From Candidatus Dadabacteria bacterium (GTDB lineage: Bacteria > Desulfobacterota_D > UBA1144 > Nemesobacterales > CSP1-2), in assembly GCA_963805855.1 (NCBI GenBank), contig CAWDVW010000005.1, positions 544,001 through 608,000 of the forward strand: a stretch of DNA of 64,000 bases, read 5' to 3'. How positions within the stretch are numbered: position 1 is the stretch's first letter; each line of letters starts with the position of its first letter. Below the pieces are notes generated by a model, which made no database searches, was not told the origin of the DNA, and saw only the letters and a program-made list of their open reading frames with translations. Both the position numbers and the translations under genes were made by a program. Positions 52,554 through 62,637 of this stretch are shown here, in pieces.

Positions 52554-53156
52554 TCACGCTCTCTTTCCTCTGTACCGCTGAATCGCATCCTCGAGTCTAT
52601 CATTCCCCCAGAAAAGCTCGTTTCTCACAATAAAACTAGGGGCTCCAAAGATCCCGAGAGTCATAGCCTTCGCCGTCTGCTGTCGCAAGAGCGCCTTGAA
52701 TTCCGGTAATTTTACTCGAGACAAATATTCGTGACCGTCCTTTTTAACGGACTCCAGTATCTCCGTAATTACCTCTGGACTTGAAATGTCACGATCCTCA
52801 GCAAAATTCGCCCCAAACACCGCTCTGGAAAATTCAGGACACCAGCCTTCGCACATTGCTATACATGCCACCCGCGCAGCCAATATACTGTTCCTCGGAA
52901 ACACCGCGGGTTTTTTGAATGGAATCCTATACCTCTGGCAATGGCGCTCAACGTCACGCCACATATACTCACCCTTCAACGGGTATAGATTAAATGGAGA
53001 CGTATCCCAACCCTGTTTCCTGAAAATAGGACCCAAAAGAAAGGGGCGCCAGGCTACATGAATTCCAGCATCTGCGGCAACAGTTTCGATACGCATTGCA
53101 GAAAGATATGAATATGTGCTTGCAAATTCAAACCAGAATTCAATACAATCGGGCAT
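52554..53156 (-). CDS. DsbA-family 2-hydroxychromene-2-carboxylate isomerase-like protein
   Basis: FEFASTYSYL, WRPFLLG, GIFGAPSF and FWGNDRL motifs. Confidence 0.88.
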   Translation of the reverse strand: MPDCIEFWFEFASTYSYLSAMRIETVAADAGIHVAWRPFLLGPIFRKQGWDTSPFNLYPLKGEYMWRDVERHCQRYRIPFKKPAVFPRNSILAARVACIAMCEGWCPEFSRAVFGANFAEDRDISSPEVITEILESVKKDGHEYLSRVKLPEFKALLRQQTAKAMTLGIFGAPSFIVRNELFWGNDRLEDAIQRYRGKRA

Positions 53157-53271
53157 GACTACATAAAGTTCTAAATTCCTTGGATGATCAAACTAACACC
53201 TACCTCACTTGATTTTAATCAGAAAATCAAGAGATTGACAACGAAAATCGAGTAGTGTTAGATATGTTCCC

Positions 53272-53817
53272 ATGAATTCAGATAGGGAAAAGCTGAAAAA
53301 GTTGCTCAAGCAAAACTCCATTCTTCGCGGTAAATTTATTCTCTCTTCGGGTAAAGAAAGCGATTATTACATTGATGCCAGGCTTACAACCCTCCATCCA
53401 GAAGGCGTTTATCTCGTGGGGAAAATTTTCCTAGACGAAATTGCCAAAAGTCCCGAGATTAAGGCCGTTGGTGGTCCAACCATGGGAGCTGACCCAATTG
53501 TTGGCTCGATTTTGGTTCTTAGCAATCAAAAAGGACATCCATTGGATGGCTTTATAGTAAGAAAAAATGAGAAGGATCACGGAACAGGTAAATTGATAGA
53601 GGGTAACCTGAAATCCGGATATGGTGTAGCTATAGTTGAAGATGTCATAACAACGGGCAGATCAGTTTTTTGGGCTATCGACGCCGTAGAAAAATCGGGA
53701 GCTGTGGTGAAAAAGGTTTTGGTTATGGTCGACAGAGAAGAAGGCGGGAAAGAATTAATAGAACAAAAGGGTTACGAGTTTTTTTCGATTTTTCACATCG
53801 GCGAGTTGTTAGAATAG
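53272..53817 (+). CDS. pyrE: Orotate phosphoribosyltransferase
   Basis: LSSGKESDYYID, RKNEKDHG and VEDVITTG motifs. Confidence 0.94.
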   Translation: MNSDREKLKKLLKQNSILRGKFILSSGKESDYYIDARLTTLHPEGVYLVGKIFLDEIAKSPEIKAVGGPTMGADPIVGSILVLSNQKGHPLDGFIVRKNEKDHGTGKLIEGNLKSGYGVAIVEDVITTGRSVFWAIDAVEKSGAVVKKVLVMVDREEGGKELIEQKGYEFFSIFHIGELLE

Positions 53818-53849
53818 TTTATTATAAATGTCTGCGTGAACCAAAAAAT

Positions 53850-54085
53850 GATAGGCGGGGTTGTCCAACCCCGCAGGGGGAAAACATGACAAATGGAAAC
53901 CTATCGGGACAAGAATGTCCCGACTATCCATGATAGAAACCGTAATCCTCAATGAGTACGTTCATCACTAGCGATAGGGAACAATCTTTTTTGGGGGTAC
54001 GGCTCTTGTTGTCATCCCCGAATGCAGTAATCGGGGATCCAGAAACATGAACATGGATTCCCGCTAACAATCCACGGGAATGACA
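53850..54085. repeat. REPIN (A+B, 53850-53928) and D+C doublet (54010-54085)
   Basis: Termini GATAG...CTATC; tgtcatccccga..tcggggatccag..tggattcccg..cgggaatgaca. Confidence 0.85.
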
Positions 54086-54091
54086 AATTGA

Positions 54092-55486
54092 TCAAACCGA
54101 ACTCTTAGGAAACGTTATGTCATACTCCTCGAGTTTTCTGCGAAGGGTCAATCGGTTTATACCCAGAAGCCTGGCAGCTTTTGACTGGTTCCAGCCACTT
54201 GTATTCATTGCCTCCTGTAGTAAAACCCTCTCGGCCTCTTTTAGGATACTATTGTAAATTTGCCCGTTTACCCCACTTGAGTTTAGCATCCCTCTTACCG
54301 AATTACGAAGTGGTTCCACATAGGAATCAGCCGATATTACTTGTGAGACTGAAAGCGTATTTTCCAGCTTTAATTCGTAAGAAGTCAGATAGGGCGTTTT
54401 TGTAAACGCAATTGCCTTACGTATTGTATTTTCAAGCTCCCTGATATTTCCAGGCCAGTCATATTCCGTCAATCTATCTAAGAATTCACTGGTTGTCCCA
54501 AGTATCTCCCTTCCAACTTGATTACTATAACGACGAGCGAAGCATTCCACTAGTAGGGGAATATCCTCTTTCCTTTCGCTTAGAGCTGGAAGATGGATCT
54601 TTACGACATTGATTCGAAAGTAAAGATCCTCTCTGAATTTTCCCTCACGAACCATCTTCTCTAAGTCTTTATTTGTTGCAGCGATTATCCTGATATCTAC
54701 TGTTACGTCCCGGTTATCTCCAAGTTTGTTAAAGGTTTTATTCTGAAGAACCCTGAGAACCTTTGACTGTAAGGAAAGAGACATGTCTCCTATTTCATCC
54801 AGAAAGATTATGCCACCATTAGCTTCTTCAAATTTTCCGATACGTGAATTATTGGCTCCGGTAAAAGCACCCTTTTCGTATCCAAACAGTTCAGCTTCAA
54901 GAAGTGTTTCTGGAATCGCAGCACAATTTATTACGACAAATGGCCTTTCCCATCTTGTGCTTACCTTCCATATCGATTCTGCTACCAGATCCTTACCTGT
55001 TCCACTTTCCCCAGTAATAAGCACCGGTACGTCCACCCGCCCAACCTGTCCTATAAGCTTACATACCTCTTGAAGAATGGGGGAGTCACCAACGATTGCG
55101 CAAGTTACACTGCTACCCTCAATATCTCCATGGAACTGAATCAATCTGCTTCTGAGTTCAGATCTTATTCCGAGAGCGCGATCCAAGGTCTCTAATACCT
55201 TTTTACGATCAAGTGGTCTTAACAGGCAATCAAAAGCGCCAAATGTCATCGATTCTACAAGATACCTCGCCCCCTTTTTTGATGTAACAACGATTATGAA
55301 TGAATCGTCGTTCAGTCTATTGAGATTACCGATACCTAAACTTTCGACATCTAGGAAGACCACATCAGTCCCCCGAGCATTTTCAATATCGCTTTGACTG
55401 GATAGCTCGATGCCACTTGGTATAATAAGTTCCAGTTCTCTAACAAATTTGGTATCTCGGGATAATAATATTACCTTTCCCTGCAT
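54092..55486 (-). CDS. sigma54-dependent activator (degenerate REC, AAA+, Fis-type HTH)
   Basis: GESGTGK, GAFTGA, FLDEIG, FREDL, WPGNIRE and NQSKAARLLGI motifs. Confidence 0.94.
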   Translation of the reverse strand: MQGKVILLSRDTKFVRELELIIPSGIELSSQSDIENARGTDVVFLDVESLGIGNLNRLNDDSFIIVVTSKKGARYLVESMTFGAFDCLLRPLDRKKVLETLDRALGIRSELRSRLIQFHGDIEGSSVTCAIVGDSPILQEVCKLIGQVGRVDVPVLITGESGTGKDLVAESIWKVSTRWERPFVVINCAAIPETLLEAELFGYEKGAFTGANNSRIGKFEEANGGIIFLDEIGDMSLSLQSKVLRVLQNKTFNKLGDNRDVTVDIRIIAATNKDLEKMVREGKFREDLYFRINVVKIHLPALSERKEDIPLLVECFARRYSNQVGREILGTTSEFLDRLTEYDWPGNIRELENTIRKAIAFTKTPYLTSYELKLENTLSVSQVISADSYVEPLRNSVRGMLNSSGVNGQIYNSILKEAERVLLQEAMNTSGWNQSKAARLLGINRLTLRRKLEEYDITFPKSSV

Positions 55487-55504
55487 TTGATTCTCCGATT
55501 TTAT

Positions 55505-55611
55505 TGTAACACAACTATACAGGGTGATTATAATTTAATCAAGATAGAACATATCAATACCTTGTATTTAACCAAAATCTATCTTTTTCCCTCTACGGTA
55601 TATTTTTTGCA
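55505..55611 (+). promoter_or_regulatory. Candidate enhancer, IHF site and sigma54 promoter of the sulfate operon
   Basis: TGTA-N9-TACA (55505-55521); TATCAA-TACC-TTG (55552-55564); CGGTATATTTTTTGCA with GG-N10-GC (55596-55611). Confidence 0.65.
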
Positions 55612-55671
55612 ACCATTAACCGACTTTTATATCAAAATTCAATTATCACCTAAACTTAAGGAGAAATATAA

Positions 55672-56679
55672 TTGGGCTTCGTGATCCCGATCGCTATAGG
55701 TCTATCTGTCCTTCTGGCAGTTAATATCGGCGCAAATAATTCAGCTGCCGCAATGGCAACCGCATATGGAGCAGGGGCTAGATCTAAAAGAGAGGCCATT
55801 ACACTAATTGCAATCTTTGCACTTTTAGGAGCACTAATTGCCGGTAGCTCTGTCATAAAAACATTGGGAAAGGGGCTGGTTCCAGAATCTGTTCTCTCTA
55901 CACATATCGGACTGGTGTTAATCGTACTTATTATCGCAATAATTTTTATTTCTTGGGCAAATCTTGTACGAGTTCCCGTTGCGACTACCCACGCTATTGT
56001 CTGTGCAATGGCAGGTGTTGGCATTTACTCAGACGCATTTAATGGAAGGAAGTTTTTTGAAATTGTTATCTGGTGGATTATAACACCCTTTGTCGCTTGG
56101 TTTTTAAACTATCTTATTGGAAGATATTTATATTTTCGAGCCATCAAATTCCTTACCAGTCATTATACCGAGAGAAGCATAAATAGAGTTTTGACTCTCT
56201 TCCTAACTGTTTCTGGATGTTTTGTAGCTTTTTCGGCTGGTGCCAATAATTCAGCAAACGCTGTAGGTCCTCTTGTGGGCATGGGACTCATAAATTCGCA
56301 CTCAGGGGCAATCTTAGCAGGTGTAGCTATGGGAGCAGGAGCAATATTATTAGGCGGGAGGGTACTCGAAACAGTAGGGAAGGAAATCACCGAAATTTGC
56401 ATACTAAGAGCCATTTCTGTTGAATTCACCGGGGCTACGTTGCTTCTTACCGCCTCACTGTTTGGAATACCGGTTTCATTAGCGGAAATTATTACTTCAG
56501 GTATAATTGGGTTTTCCTGTGCCCAACAAGGCTTCACTGTAACGGCTCAGAATAGACACGTAGCGCGCATAGCGTTTTTTTGGTTTGTCGTACCTTTTGT
56601 TGCGATTGGATTGAGTTACATGCTCTCTTCAATATATTTCAAGTATGACATCATAGCCATCGTAGGCAGAAACTTTTAG
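55672..56679 (+). CDS. PiT-family anion permease (CysP-like sulfate transporter)
   Basis: Two GANN motifs, many TM segments, position ahead of sat and cysH. Confidence 0.85.
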   Translation: MGFVIPIAIGLSVLLAVNIGANNSAAAMATAYGAGARSKREAITLIAIFALLGALIAGSSVIKTLGKGLVPESVLSTHIGLVLIVLIIAIIFISWANLVRVPVATTHAIVCAMAGVGIYSDAFNGRKFFEIVIWWIITPFVAWFLNYLIGRYLYFRAIKFLTSHYTERSINRVLTLFLTVSGCFVAFSAGANNSANAVGPLVGMGLINSHSGAILAGVAMGAGAILLGGRVLETVGKEITEICILRAISVEFTGATLLLTASLFGIPVSLAEIITSGIIGFSCAQQGFTVTAQNRHVARIAFFWFVVPFVAIGLSYMLSSIYFKYDIIAIVGRNF

Positions 56680-56703
56680 TAGAATTAAGGAGAAGCTATA
56701 ATC

Positions 56704-57864
56704 ATGTTTGATATAATCCAACCCCATGGTGGAAAACTGGTAAACAGATTGCTTCAAGGAAAGGCCAGAGAAGAAGCCCTGATAAAGGCGAGAAGTTTAA
56801 AAAGTATCAATGTTTCTTATAGAATAATTTCGGATATAGAGCTAATAGCAGTTGGAGCTTTCAGTCCCATTGAGGGATTTATGGGAAAAGAAGACTACAA
56901 TAGTGTAATTGAAAATATGAGACTTAAGGATGGGCTTCCGTGGAGCATTCCAATTACACTTCCCGTGTCAGAAGAAGAGGCAACCGACTTAGAAGAGGGT
57001 GAGGAAGTGTCACTCGTTGACCAGGATGGAAATATAATTGCAATGCTGATTCTTGAGGAAAAATATCCCTATGATAAGGAAAGGGAAGCAAAAAATGTTT
57101 ATGGAACCAGCGACTTAGCTCACCCTGGTGTAAGCGTGCTTTATGGCCAGAGTAGTATCCTTCTAGGTGGAAAGATAAGCCTTATCAACAGACAGAAGGA
57201 TATTGAATTTCCAAAGTATGCATTAGATCCCTCACAAACGAGAGAGATATTCAAGAATAAGGGATGGAGAACGATTGTCGCTTTTCAAACGAGGAATCCG
57301 ATACACCGGGCCCACGAATATTTGCAGAAATGCGCTCTAGAGATGGTTGACGGCCTGTTGATCCACCCGATTGTAGGCGAGACAAAATCGGACGATATAC
57401 CGGCTCACCTCCGGATCAAATGCTACGAAGAACTGTTAGAGAATTACTATCCAAAGGATAGAAGTTTGCTAGCAGTTCTACCGACTGCAATGAGATACGC
57501 AGGTCCAAAGGAGGCTATCTTTCATGCGATCGTGAGAAAAAACTACGGATGCACGCATTTCATCGTAGGTCGCGATCACGCAGGGGTCGGTAACTATTAT
57601 GGAACCTATGACGCCCATAAAATCTTCGATAGCTTTAATCATGACGAAATTGGTATCACGCCGTTGTTTTTTGATCACGCATTCTATTGCAAGAAGTGTA
57701 ATGGAATGGCAACGACAAAGACTTGCCCCTGTCCACCTGAAAATCACGTTCACCTCAGCGGTACCAAGGTCAGGGAATTGCTTAAGAATAAACAGCAATT
57801 GCCTGTCGAGTTCACTAGGCCGGAGGTGGCAAAGATTTTGATGGAAGCCTATGGTAATCAATGA
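56704..57864 (+). CDS. sat: Sulfate adenylyltransferase
   Basis: FQTRNPIHRAHE, MRYAGP, GRDHAG and LSGTKVR motifs. Confidence 0.97.
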   Translation: MFDIIQPHGGKLVNRLLQGKAREEALIKARSLKSINVSYRIISDIELIAVGAFSPIEGFMGKEDYNSVIENMRLKDGLPWSIPITLPVSEEEATDLEEGEEVSLVDQDGNIIAMLILEEKYPYDKEREAKNVYGTSDLAHPGVSVLYGQSSILLGGKISLINRQKDIEFPKYALDPSQTREIFKNKGWRTIVAFQTRNPIHRAHEYLQKCALEMVDGLLIHPIVGETKSDDIPAHLRIKCYEELLENYYPKDRSLLAVLPTAMRYAGPKEAIFHAIVRKNYGCTHFIVGRDHAGVGNYYGTYDAHKIFDSFNHDEIGITPLFFDHAFYCKKCNGMATTKTCPCPPENHVHLSGTKVRELLKNKQQLPVEFTRPEVAKILMEAYGNQ

Positions 57865-57934
57865 AATGTCTAACTATGAGGCAACGAATAATATATAAAC
57901 GAATAATATATAAATGTAAAAACAGGAGAGAAAT

Positions 57935-58657
57935 ATGAGACTTGATCAGGCCCAACTAAATGAATTGAATAACATGTATTCCGACAAATCTGCCGAGGAG
58001 GTTCTGAAGTGGACACTTGATAACCTCCACCCTAAAGTCGCTCTGGCCTCGAGCTTCGGAGCCGAAGACGTGGTTTTGATCGACATGCTGACAAAGATAA
58101 ACCCTGAAGCGAGGATATTCACGCTAGATACCGGAAGGCTCAACCAAGAGACTTATGATGTTATGGATAACTTAAGAAGCAACTACAAGATTAAATTCGA
58201 AGTAATGTTTCCAAATCAGGACGACGTCGAGGCAATGGTCAGAGAGCATGGGATGAATCTGTTTTACAGATCGCAAGCAAATAGAAAGCTTTGCTGTGGG
58301 ATCAGAAAGGTTGCCCCACTGACTAAGATTTTATCAACGCTCGACGGCTGGATAACCGGAATAAGGGCCGACCAAACTCAAAACAGAGGCAATGCGAATA
58401 AATTCGAGATTGATAATCAATTTGGTGGGATATTAAAGGCCAATCCGCTAATAGATTGGACATGGGATCAGGTTTGGGATTATATAAAAGTGAATAAAGT
58501 ACCTTACAATAAACTACACGATAATGGATACCCTAGCATAGGTTGTGAGCCATGTACGAGGGCCGTGAAGGAAGGAGAAGACCTTAGAGCCGGCCGATGG
58601 TGGTGGGAAAGCGAGTCGGACAAGGAGTGCGGCCTGCACATGGAGCACAGGGCATAG
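57935..58657 (+). CDS. cysH: Assimilatory APS reductase (4Fe-4S type)
   Basis: CCGIRK, GYPSIGCEPCT and ECGLH motifs. Confidence 0.93.
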   Translation: MRLDQAQLNELNNMYSDKSAEEVLKWTLDNLHPKVALASSFGAEDVVLIDMLTKINPEARIFTLDTGRLNQETYDVMDNLRSNYKIKFEVMFPNQDDVEAMVREHGMNLFYRSQANRKLCCGIRKVAPLTKILSTLDGWITGIRADQTQNRGNANKFEIDNQFGGILKANPLIDWTWDQVWDYIKVNKVPYNKLHDNGYPSIGCEPCTRAVKEGEDLRAGRWWWESESDKECGLHMEHRA

Positions 58658-58825
58658 ACGGCATAAGCTTAATACCTATAGATATCCATGTAGCTGAAAT
58701 CATTCTATGGTCATTAATATTTTTGAGTGAAAGATTAATTTCTCTAGTATGCCTTTTTTTTCACTGTCCACTGCACCTTCGCAATGTTTGGAATGCCGTT
58801 CAAGTGGGCCATAAGATCGATGAGA

Positions 58826-59092
58826 TGGAAACCTATCGGGACAAGAATGCCCAGAGTATCCATATTAAATACCTTTATCAATAATGATAGGCAAAAGCAT
58901 GGATTCCCGCTTACAATCCGCGGGAATGACAAAAAGGATAGGCGGGGTTTTCCAACCCCGCATAGATAAAACATAAGGAATGGAAACCTGAAGGTTTCCG
59001 CTACATTTAGTTATAATCCTATTTTATGTAGCGGAGGACTTTAGTCCTCCACAAAACATGAGGAACGGTAACCTAACCTGTATCACGCTACA
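58826..59092. repeat. BIME-like REP array upstream of HU
   Basis: Modules in order B, C, A, E1 (ggaaacctgaaggtttccgctaca), E2 (tgtagcggaggactttagtcctcc). Confidence 0.85.
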
Positions 59093-59229
59093 TTGTATCC
59101 ACTAGTTGAATTTCATCTTCGATAATTCATGAAAAAACGACGAGATTTTTTAAATCACTGAAAAAAAGTATTGATTTTTCTACAAATATCTGTATGATTG
59201 AGGAAAAATCATTTCATAAAGGAGGAGAG

Positions 59230-59526
59230 ATGGCAACAAGTAAAACTATAACAAAGTCTCAGATTGCTGCGCATATTGCTGAGAAAAACGGTTTAACCAA
59301 AAAGACCGCTTCTCAGGTTCTGGATGACATCGCAGCTCTTGCTTACAAATCAGCCAAAAGAAATGGCGAGTTTACCCTGCCGGGGCTTGGAAAATTGGTT
59401 CTATCAAGAAGGAAAGCAAGAAAAGGAAGAAACCCCGCGACGGGTGCACTAATTAAAATTCCAGCTAAGAGAGTTGTTAAGTTCAGAGTAGCAAAGGCCT
59501 GTAAAGACTCTATTCTTGGAAGTTGA
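59230..59526 (+). CDS. HU-family DNA-binding protein
   Basis: LPGLGK..RKARKGRNPATG..IPAK motif; ATG 59230 follows a GGAGG SD. Confidence 0.95.
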   Translation: MATSKTITKSQIAAHIAEKNGLTKKTASQVLDDIAALAYKSAKRNGEFTLPGLGKLVLSRRKARKGRNPATGALIKIPAKRVVKFRVAKACKDSILGS

Positions 59527-59854
59527 TCGCAACTTTTCAGTTCAGCAATCATTTACCCACCTCAGACTTAAACATAGGTGGCGGAGTGTATACTTACAAC
59601 GGAATGGGTATATCTTCGGTCGGCCTGTTTCAGCCTATTCGTGACAATTGATGATTTAGGCACCGTATTTCGGGTTAACTGACGCGTTCCATCTAGATTG
59701 GTACCGAGTTATTCATTCAATTCGGTATCAGGTCGCTTTTATATCCTCGCGATGACGTCCAAACGCATGTCTTGTCGTTCACGCGGATTTCCCGATAGAG
59801 CCTGCACTCGAATGCATTGATCAGGTGTTCGTCCCAACATGCTGCTGCTGGTGA

Positions 59855-60196
59855 TGGATCCCCAATAACGCCATTTGGGAATGACATGAGGGGGTGGATT
59901 ACCGGCAACTATCAGCAAACGACAAAAACGATAGGCGGGGTTTTCCAACCCCGCATGGATAAAACATATCGGGTGGAAACCTAAAGGTTTCCGCTACATT
60001 TAGTCGCGGATATACCGATGTCTGAAGGTCACCACTGCAATAATCATAACCCTGCTTTATGTAGCGGAGGACTTTAGTCCTCCATAAAATCGATGAGATG
60101 GAATCGCATCGGGACAATCATGCCCCGACTATCCATAATAATTACCGTCATCAATAACATAGGCGGGGTTTTCCAGCCCCGCATGGATAAAACATA
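59855..60196. repeat. BIME-like REP array downstream of HU
   Basis: Modules in order D, degenerate C, A, E1, E2, B, A. Confidence 0.85.
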
Positions 60197-60261
60197 CCGA
60201 TATTTTCCAAAACGAACAGCATTTCGTGATTAAAGCCTAAAATATTGGATGAAAATGCTTA

Positions 60262-61437
60262 CTACTCCTTTTGTCTCAGTGCCAGAGTAATTTTCGTGTA
60301 TGCCGCTTGGCTAGCGGGGAGTAAACCCCCGAAAAGCCCGATAAGGAGCGATAGCGAGAGCCCGGTGATTATCCGGCCTGGTGTCAAACGGAAAGCGAAT
60401 ACCACCTCAGAGAAGGTGTTAAAGTTTGTTGTGCCAGTCACATCACTTATAGCAAATTTCACAAGCAGTAAGCCCATCAAGCAACCGATGATACCACCAA
60501 TAAGAGATATAATCAGTGATTCTGCGACGAATGAGGTTAATATTGAGAATCGTGAAAATCCAAGCACCCTCAAGGTAGCGATTTCCATCGTACGGGTTGA
60601 GATATTCGCATACATAGTATTCATGGCCCCGAAACTGGCACCTATAGCCATGATGATTCCGATGAACATCCCTATAAATTTAATCGGGTCAGCCACGGAG
60701 GTCTGTCGATTGTAATATTCTCTTTCGACTGTTCCGTCCAGCGAGAGGCGCTGGTCACTTTCGAGAGCATTCACAAACCTCTTCTGATTCGCCCTATCCG
60801 AAGCCCTTACTAAAATTGAAGAATAAATCGTTCTCTTATAATCTCCCATTACTCCCTGAACATCTGACCAGATTTCGCTGTCGGCTGCGGTTCCACCCGC
60901 ATCGAATATCCCAACAATCTTCCACCTATTTGACCCCGCATGAACAATGTCTCCTACACTCATATTCTTGAAACGTTTAGAAATCCCCCGAGAAACAATT
61001 ACTTCGGAAACGCCAGGATTGAACATTCTTCCCTCTACGATCTTGAAATGAGGCCTTAAAAGCGGACCTTTTTCCGACACTCCCCTTACAGTAACATTGG
61101 AAGCCCCTCCACCTATCTTCTCCAAATTTATGACAACTACGATCTCAGCGGAAACCAGGGGCTTTTGATCAGCGTCTTTATCGATACCTGGTAGTGTATA
61201 TACGAGTGGGACTTGATCTTTATATATTCCCGACTGTATCTCCGATTGCGAGTTTTTCCTGAGAACTATAACATTATCAGAGGAACCGGATGCCTTGAAC
61301 ACGCTGGCTAAACCATCTGCAAGGGCTAATACACTAAGAAGCACAGCCACGACAAGTCCGATTCCAAATGCCGTCAAACCGGTTGTTATTTTGCGTACGG
61401 CTATGTTTCTTAAATTGTACTTTATCGGTATAGACAT
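60262..61437 (-). CDS. MacB/FtsX-like ABC permease
   Basis: TM, periplasmic domain, three more TMs; EIATLRVLGF motif. Confidence 0.9.
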   Translation of the reverse strand: MSIPIKYNLRNIAVRKITTGLTAFGIGLVVAVLLSVLALADGLASVFKASGSSDNVIVLRKNSQSEIQSGIYKDQVPLVYTLPGIDKDADQKPLVSAEIVVVINLEKIGGGASNVTVRGVSEKGPLLRPHFKIVEGRMFNPGVSEVIVSRGISKRFKNMSVGDIVHAGSNRWKIVGIFDAGGTAADSEIWSDVQGVMGDYKRTIYSSILVRASDRANQKRFVNALESDQRLSLDGTVEREYYNRQTSVADPIKFIGMFIGIIMAIGASFGAMNTMYANISTRTMEIATLRVLGFSRFSILTSFVAESLIISLIGGIIGCLMGLLLVKFAISDVTGTTNFNTFSEVVFAFRLTPGRIITGLSLSLLIGLFGGLLPASQAAYTKITLALRQKE

Positions 61438-61441
61438 CCTC

Positions 61442-62608
61442 TTATCCTACGTATCTCAGTCCCTCTCTAATCGAACGCCTGCTAGACCCAACGGCCGGAA
61501 TTATCGCCGAGAATATACCAACCATTATGCTCACAACAATCGCCAGCAAGATCGTCTCCGGATAAAAGGCCAGTGCTTCAGCAAGACCTCCCATCGGCGT
61601 GGTAGCTAGGAAAGACTTTAAAGGGTCAAAAGTTAGCACGAAGATTACAACCCCCAATATTCCACCTATTATACTCATTATAAGGCTCTCACCCAGGATA
61701 AAGGACAGTATCATAATACGGGTAAATCCCAATGTTCTTAGAACGGCAATCTCTCTAATTCGCTCCCGAGCGGAAATAGCAATTGTATTAGCTGATATAA
61801 GTATGACAACCAATACAATTATTACCCCCATTGAAGTTATTAATAGCTTTATGTTACCGAGCATCGACACGAAACCCATCTGGAAGGCCTTTTCACTTTC
61901 TGTCGTTGTTGGATAAGCAGAATTCTCAAATAATTTATCAATTTGAGTCGCAAGCCGGGTTGCCGATTCTGGATCTCTTGCCTTGGTCCATATCGTCCCG
62001 ACTTTTCCTTTAAAACTCGGCAGTGCTTCTTCCAGATACTTTCTGTTAAAAAACAGCGCATCAGATGCCCCGGTGGCGACCTCATATACCCCGCGGACTG
62101 TGAGCTGGAGAGTAACTGGATAAATAGTCCCTACAATTACAATTTTATCACCAATTTTCCATCCAAATTTTTTTACCAAGTCTTCTCCAACAATACAACC
62201 CGATGGGTCATTAACCCAGTCTTCCGTAGAACCTTTCACCATTGAAGCATCATCAAAAACCTTTAATAGCGATTTGGGCTCAACTGCAAACCTGGCAAAA
62301 AAATTCTCTGCACTCTGATCAATATAAGTACCGCCAAACCAAGCGAAATAAGTAATAGCCATTACCCCATCTAAACGCGAGATTTTATCGGCATAGCTCG
62401 CCGGGATTGGGTTAGTCAGACCAACTTTGTGTCTTGTTACTAATCGAAACATCCCACGGGTTTCAGATGGGTCGGGTTGATCCAGTACTTGGAGAAAGGA
62501 ATTTAATAGACAAATCAGAATTAATGGAATCAATATCGAAATAATTGTTAATACCGATCTAGTCTTTTTTCTGAATACATTCTTCAGCAAGAAGGGAATA
62601 TATTTCAT
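61442..62608 (-). CDS. MacB/FtsX-like ABC permease
   Basis: ERIREIAVLRTLGF motif; same topology as the neighbouring permease. Confidence 0.9.
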   Translation of the reverse strand: MKYIPFLLKNVFRKKTRSVLTIISILIPLILICLLNSFLQVLDQPDPSETRGMFRLVTRHKVGLTNPIPASYADKISRLDGVMAITYFAWFGGTYIDQSAENFFARFAVEPKSLLKVFDDASMVKGSTEDWVNDPSGCIVGEDLVKKFGWKIGDKIVIVGTIYPVTLQLTVRGVYEVATGASDALFFNRKYLEEALPSFKGKVGTIWTKARDPESATRLATQIDKLFENSAYPTTTESEKAFQMGFVSMLGNIKLLITSMGVIIVLVVILISANTIAISARERIREIAVLRTLGFTRIMILSFILGESLIMSIIGGILGVVIFVLTFDPLKSFLATTPMGGLAEALAFYPETILLAIVVSIMVGIFSAIIPAVGSSRRSIREGLRYVG

Positions 62609-62637
62609 AATTTTTCGGATCGCCTACCTCGGAGCAA

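Noticed and set aside
56704-58657. Dissimilatory sulfate reduction
   Set aside because: The partner of sat is assimilatory CysH; no aprAB, qmo or dsr genes are visible
59527-59854. Structured ncRNA downstream of HU
   Set aside because: A few hairpins, but no recognisable family motif; parts look like decayed repeat modules. An Rfam/cmscan search would settle it.
58826-60196. CRISPR array
   Set aside because: Repeats are heterogeneous and alternate in orientation, the linkers are conserved rather than unique, and no cas genes are present
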